Origin: Streptococcus zhangguiae
Lineage (GTDB): Bacteria; Bacillota; Bacilli; Lactobacillales; Streptococcaceae
Direction: 5' to 3'
NCBI RefSeq assembly: GCF_017639855.1
Contig: NZ_CP072115.1
Coordinates: 1,150,459 to 1,174,458, forward strand
Length of the DNA stretch: 24,000 nucleotides
Below, piece after piece: positions 22,870 through 24,000 of this stretch. Position numbers and translations under genes: made by a program. Position 1 is the first letter of the stretch; each line of letters begins with the position of its first letter. Below the pieces are notes generated by a model. The model searched no databases. It was not told the origin of the DNA and saw only the letters and a list, made by a program, of their open reading frames with translations.

Positions 22870-23307
22870 TTATCCAACACTATTTAGCAAGGCAACAACT
22901 TCTTCTTTAGACTGGGCATCTGCTAATTTGACCACATTATCTACATCTGCACAGAAGATAGAGATTTTTTGAATAATTTCCAAATGCTCATCACCTAAAC
23001 CTGCAATTCCAAAGAGAACCGTTGCAATCTTCGGATCTGCTTCTGTCCCAAAATTCACACCAGCAGGTACTTGGACAATTGTAATGCCTGATGAATGAAC
23101 TTCTTTTTTAGCTGCATCTGTTCCGTGTGGAATAGCAATAAAATTGCCCATATAAACGGATAATTCTTCATTGCGCTCAATCATTGCCTCGATATAGGCT
23201 TCATTGACATGACCTGCATCAGCTAACTTTTGGCCACAAAAGCGAATCGCTTCTTCTTTGGTTGCAAAGGTTTGGTTTAATTGAATCAATTCTTGTTGAA
23301 GTTCCAT
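22870..23307 (-). CDS. mtlF: PTS mannitol-specific EIIA
   Basis: I trimmed the track ORF to ATG 23307, which has a GGGAGA SD 6 nt upstream and lies 1 nt after the mtlR stop. 145 aa. The phospho-His motif is NFIAIPHGT. Confidence 0.9.
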   Translation of the reverse strand: MELQQELIQLNQTFATKEEAIRFCGQKLADAGHVNEAYIEAMIERNEELSVYMGNFIAIPHGTDAAKKEVHSSGITIVQVPAGVNFGTEADPKIATVLFGIAGLGDEHLEIIQKISIFCADVDNVVKLADAQSKEEVVALLNSVG

Positions 23308-23308
23308 A

Positions 23309-24000
23309 TTAATTCTCCCATTGTTTGATTTTTTCATTAAAGATAGAATTCAGGAGTTGATAGATGATTTCCTGATTTCCGGTACGATAAATTTCGGTAT
23401 AAAGGTTATTTTCGATAATAGACTGGCTGATAGCGGTCATCAGCTCTCGCATTTCTTCTTGCTCGCCGAGCTTGGTCAACATCACTAAAATCCGTTGAAC
23501 CTGTTCTGGTTGATTGTTCATAGATAGAGCGGTTACTGGCTGAGCCAGGCTTACAATTTGAAACTGGCTGTGAGTTACTTGACTAGACTGGGTATGAATT
23601 AAGGCCAGATTAGTATTTGGAATCGCCAGAGGACTCATCTCAAAGCGAGAAATGAGCTTTCTAGCCAAATAATCTGTATCATTGACAGAAGAAAGTTTGG
23701 CAACAATCTGGCCTACAGTTTCCTCAAAGTTTCCATGATTGTCTAGCTCATCAAGGGCAAACTGTTGGAGCAAGTAACTACTTGCCTGTAAATAGGCCTG
23801 CAAGTCATACTGTTTACTCATCACAATTTCTTCTCTGGCCAGTACCGTACGATTTTCTTGAATGGTTTGTAGTGTTTCCTGTAATTCCAAAATTTCCTTG
23901 GTATTTGGAAAGGTTGAAATCACATCTAGTTCCAGATAAGGAATCGGCTTGGTAGCAAGGCAATAATCATATTGCTCTAAATTCAGTTGCGGTAGATTAG
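23309..24000 (-). CDS. mtlR: Mannitol operon PRD-type activator MtlR, C-terminal part (5' end beyond window)
   Basis: The frame stays open to position 24000; upstream of the track's GTG 23923 it reads ...[25 protein letters not shown]. The C-terminal EIIA(Mtl)-like domain contains LALIHTQ. The gene is followed directly by mtlF-mtlD. Confidence 0.85.
   Translation of the reverse strand, partial: NLPQLNLEQYDYCLATKPIPYLELDVISTFPNTKEILELQETLQTIQENRTVLAREEIVMSKQYDLQAYLQASSYLLQQFALDELDNHGNFEETVGQIVAKLSSVNDTDYLARKLISRFEMSPLAIPNTNLALIHTQSSQVTHSQFQIVSLAQPVTALSMNNQPEQVQRILVMLTKLGEQEEMRELMTAISQSIIENNLYTEIYRTGNQEIIYQLLNSIFNEKIKQWEN

Noticed and set aside
23308-23337. A longer mtlF start at 23337 (155 aa).
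   Set aside because: It would overlap the end of mtlR. ATG 23307 has a GGGAGA SD and gives the expected 145-aa EIIA(Mtl).
1-24000. Transposases, integrases, phage genes, toxin-antitoxin pairs and known defence-system genes, looked for as markers of an island.
   Set aside because: None of the ORF translations shows such motifs. Mobility signals are limited to the non-coding repeat family described in the findings.

Overview
This is a low-GC (roughly 40% by eye) Firmicute chromosome segment. Gene content and protein sequences fit a Streptococcus or close Lactobacillales relative best. I saw no rRNA, tRNA, CRISPR, IS, integrase or phage genes. All calls come from reading the ORF translations and DNA motifs by eye; no database search or folding program was available.

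Left to right:
1. A sugar cluster: a partial sucrose-type PTS EIIBC and a GH32 hydrolase on the minus strand, divergent from an AraC regulator and a GH36 alpha-galactosidase on the plus strand.
2. A repeat array of about 41-bp period in the aga 3' region.
3. A polyprenyl diphosphate synthase.
4. A tightly packed 7-gene minus-strand operon: PRD-type activator, M42 peptidase, Lac/Cel-family PTS EIIA-EIIB-EIIC, M24B peptidase, PatB/MalY C-S lyase. It has no glycosidase and is the best candidate for an uncharacterised system.
5. A 580-bp nested tandem array (49/98/197-bp periods) filling a divergent intergenic region and ending in an orphan terminator hairpin.
6. A Cof-type HAD phosphatase and PepT.
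7. An XRE regulator with an unknown C-terminal domain, followed by a 286-bp repeat-bearing insert bracketed by a duplicated terminator hairpin.
8. A PadR-DUF1700-DUF4097 triad with AT palindromes around its promoter.
9. A Mn-type CDF exporter with a 110-aa C-terminal extension, and a small 2-TM protein.
10. mtlR (partial)-mtlF-mtlD.
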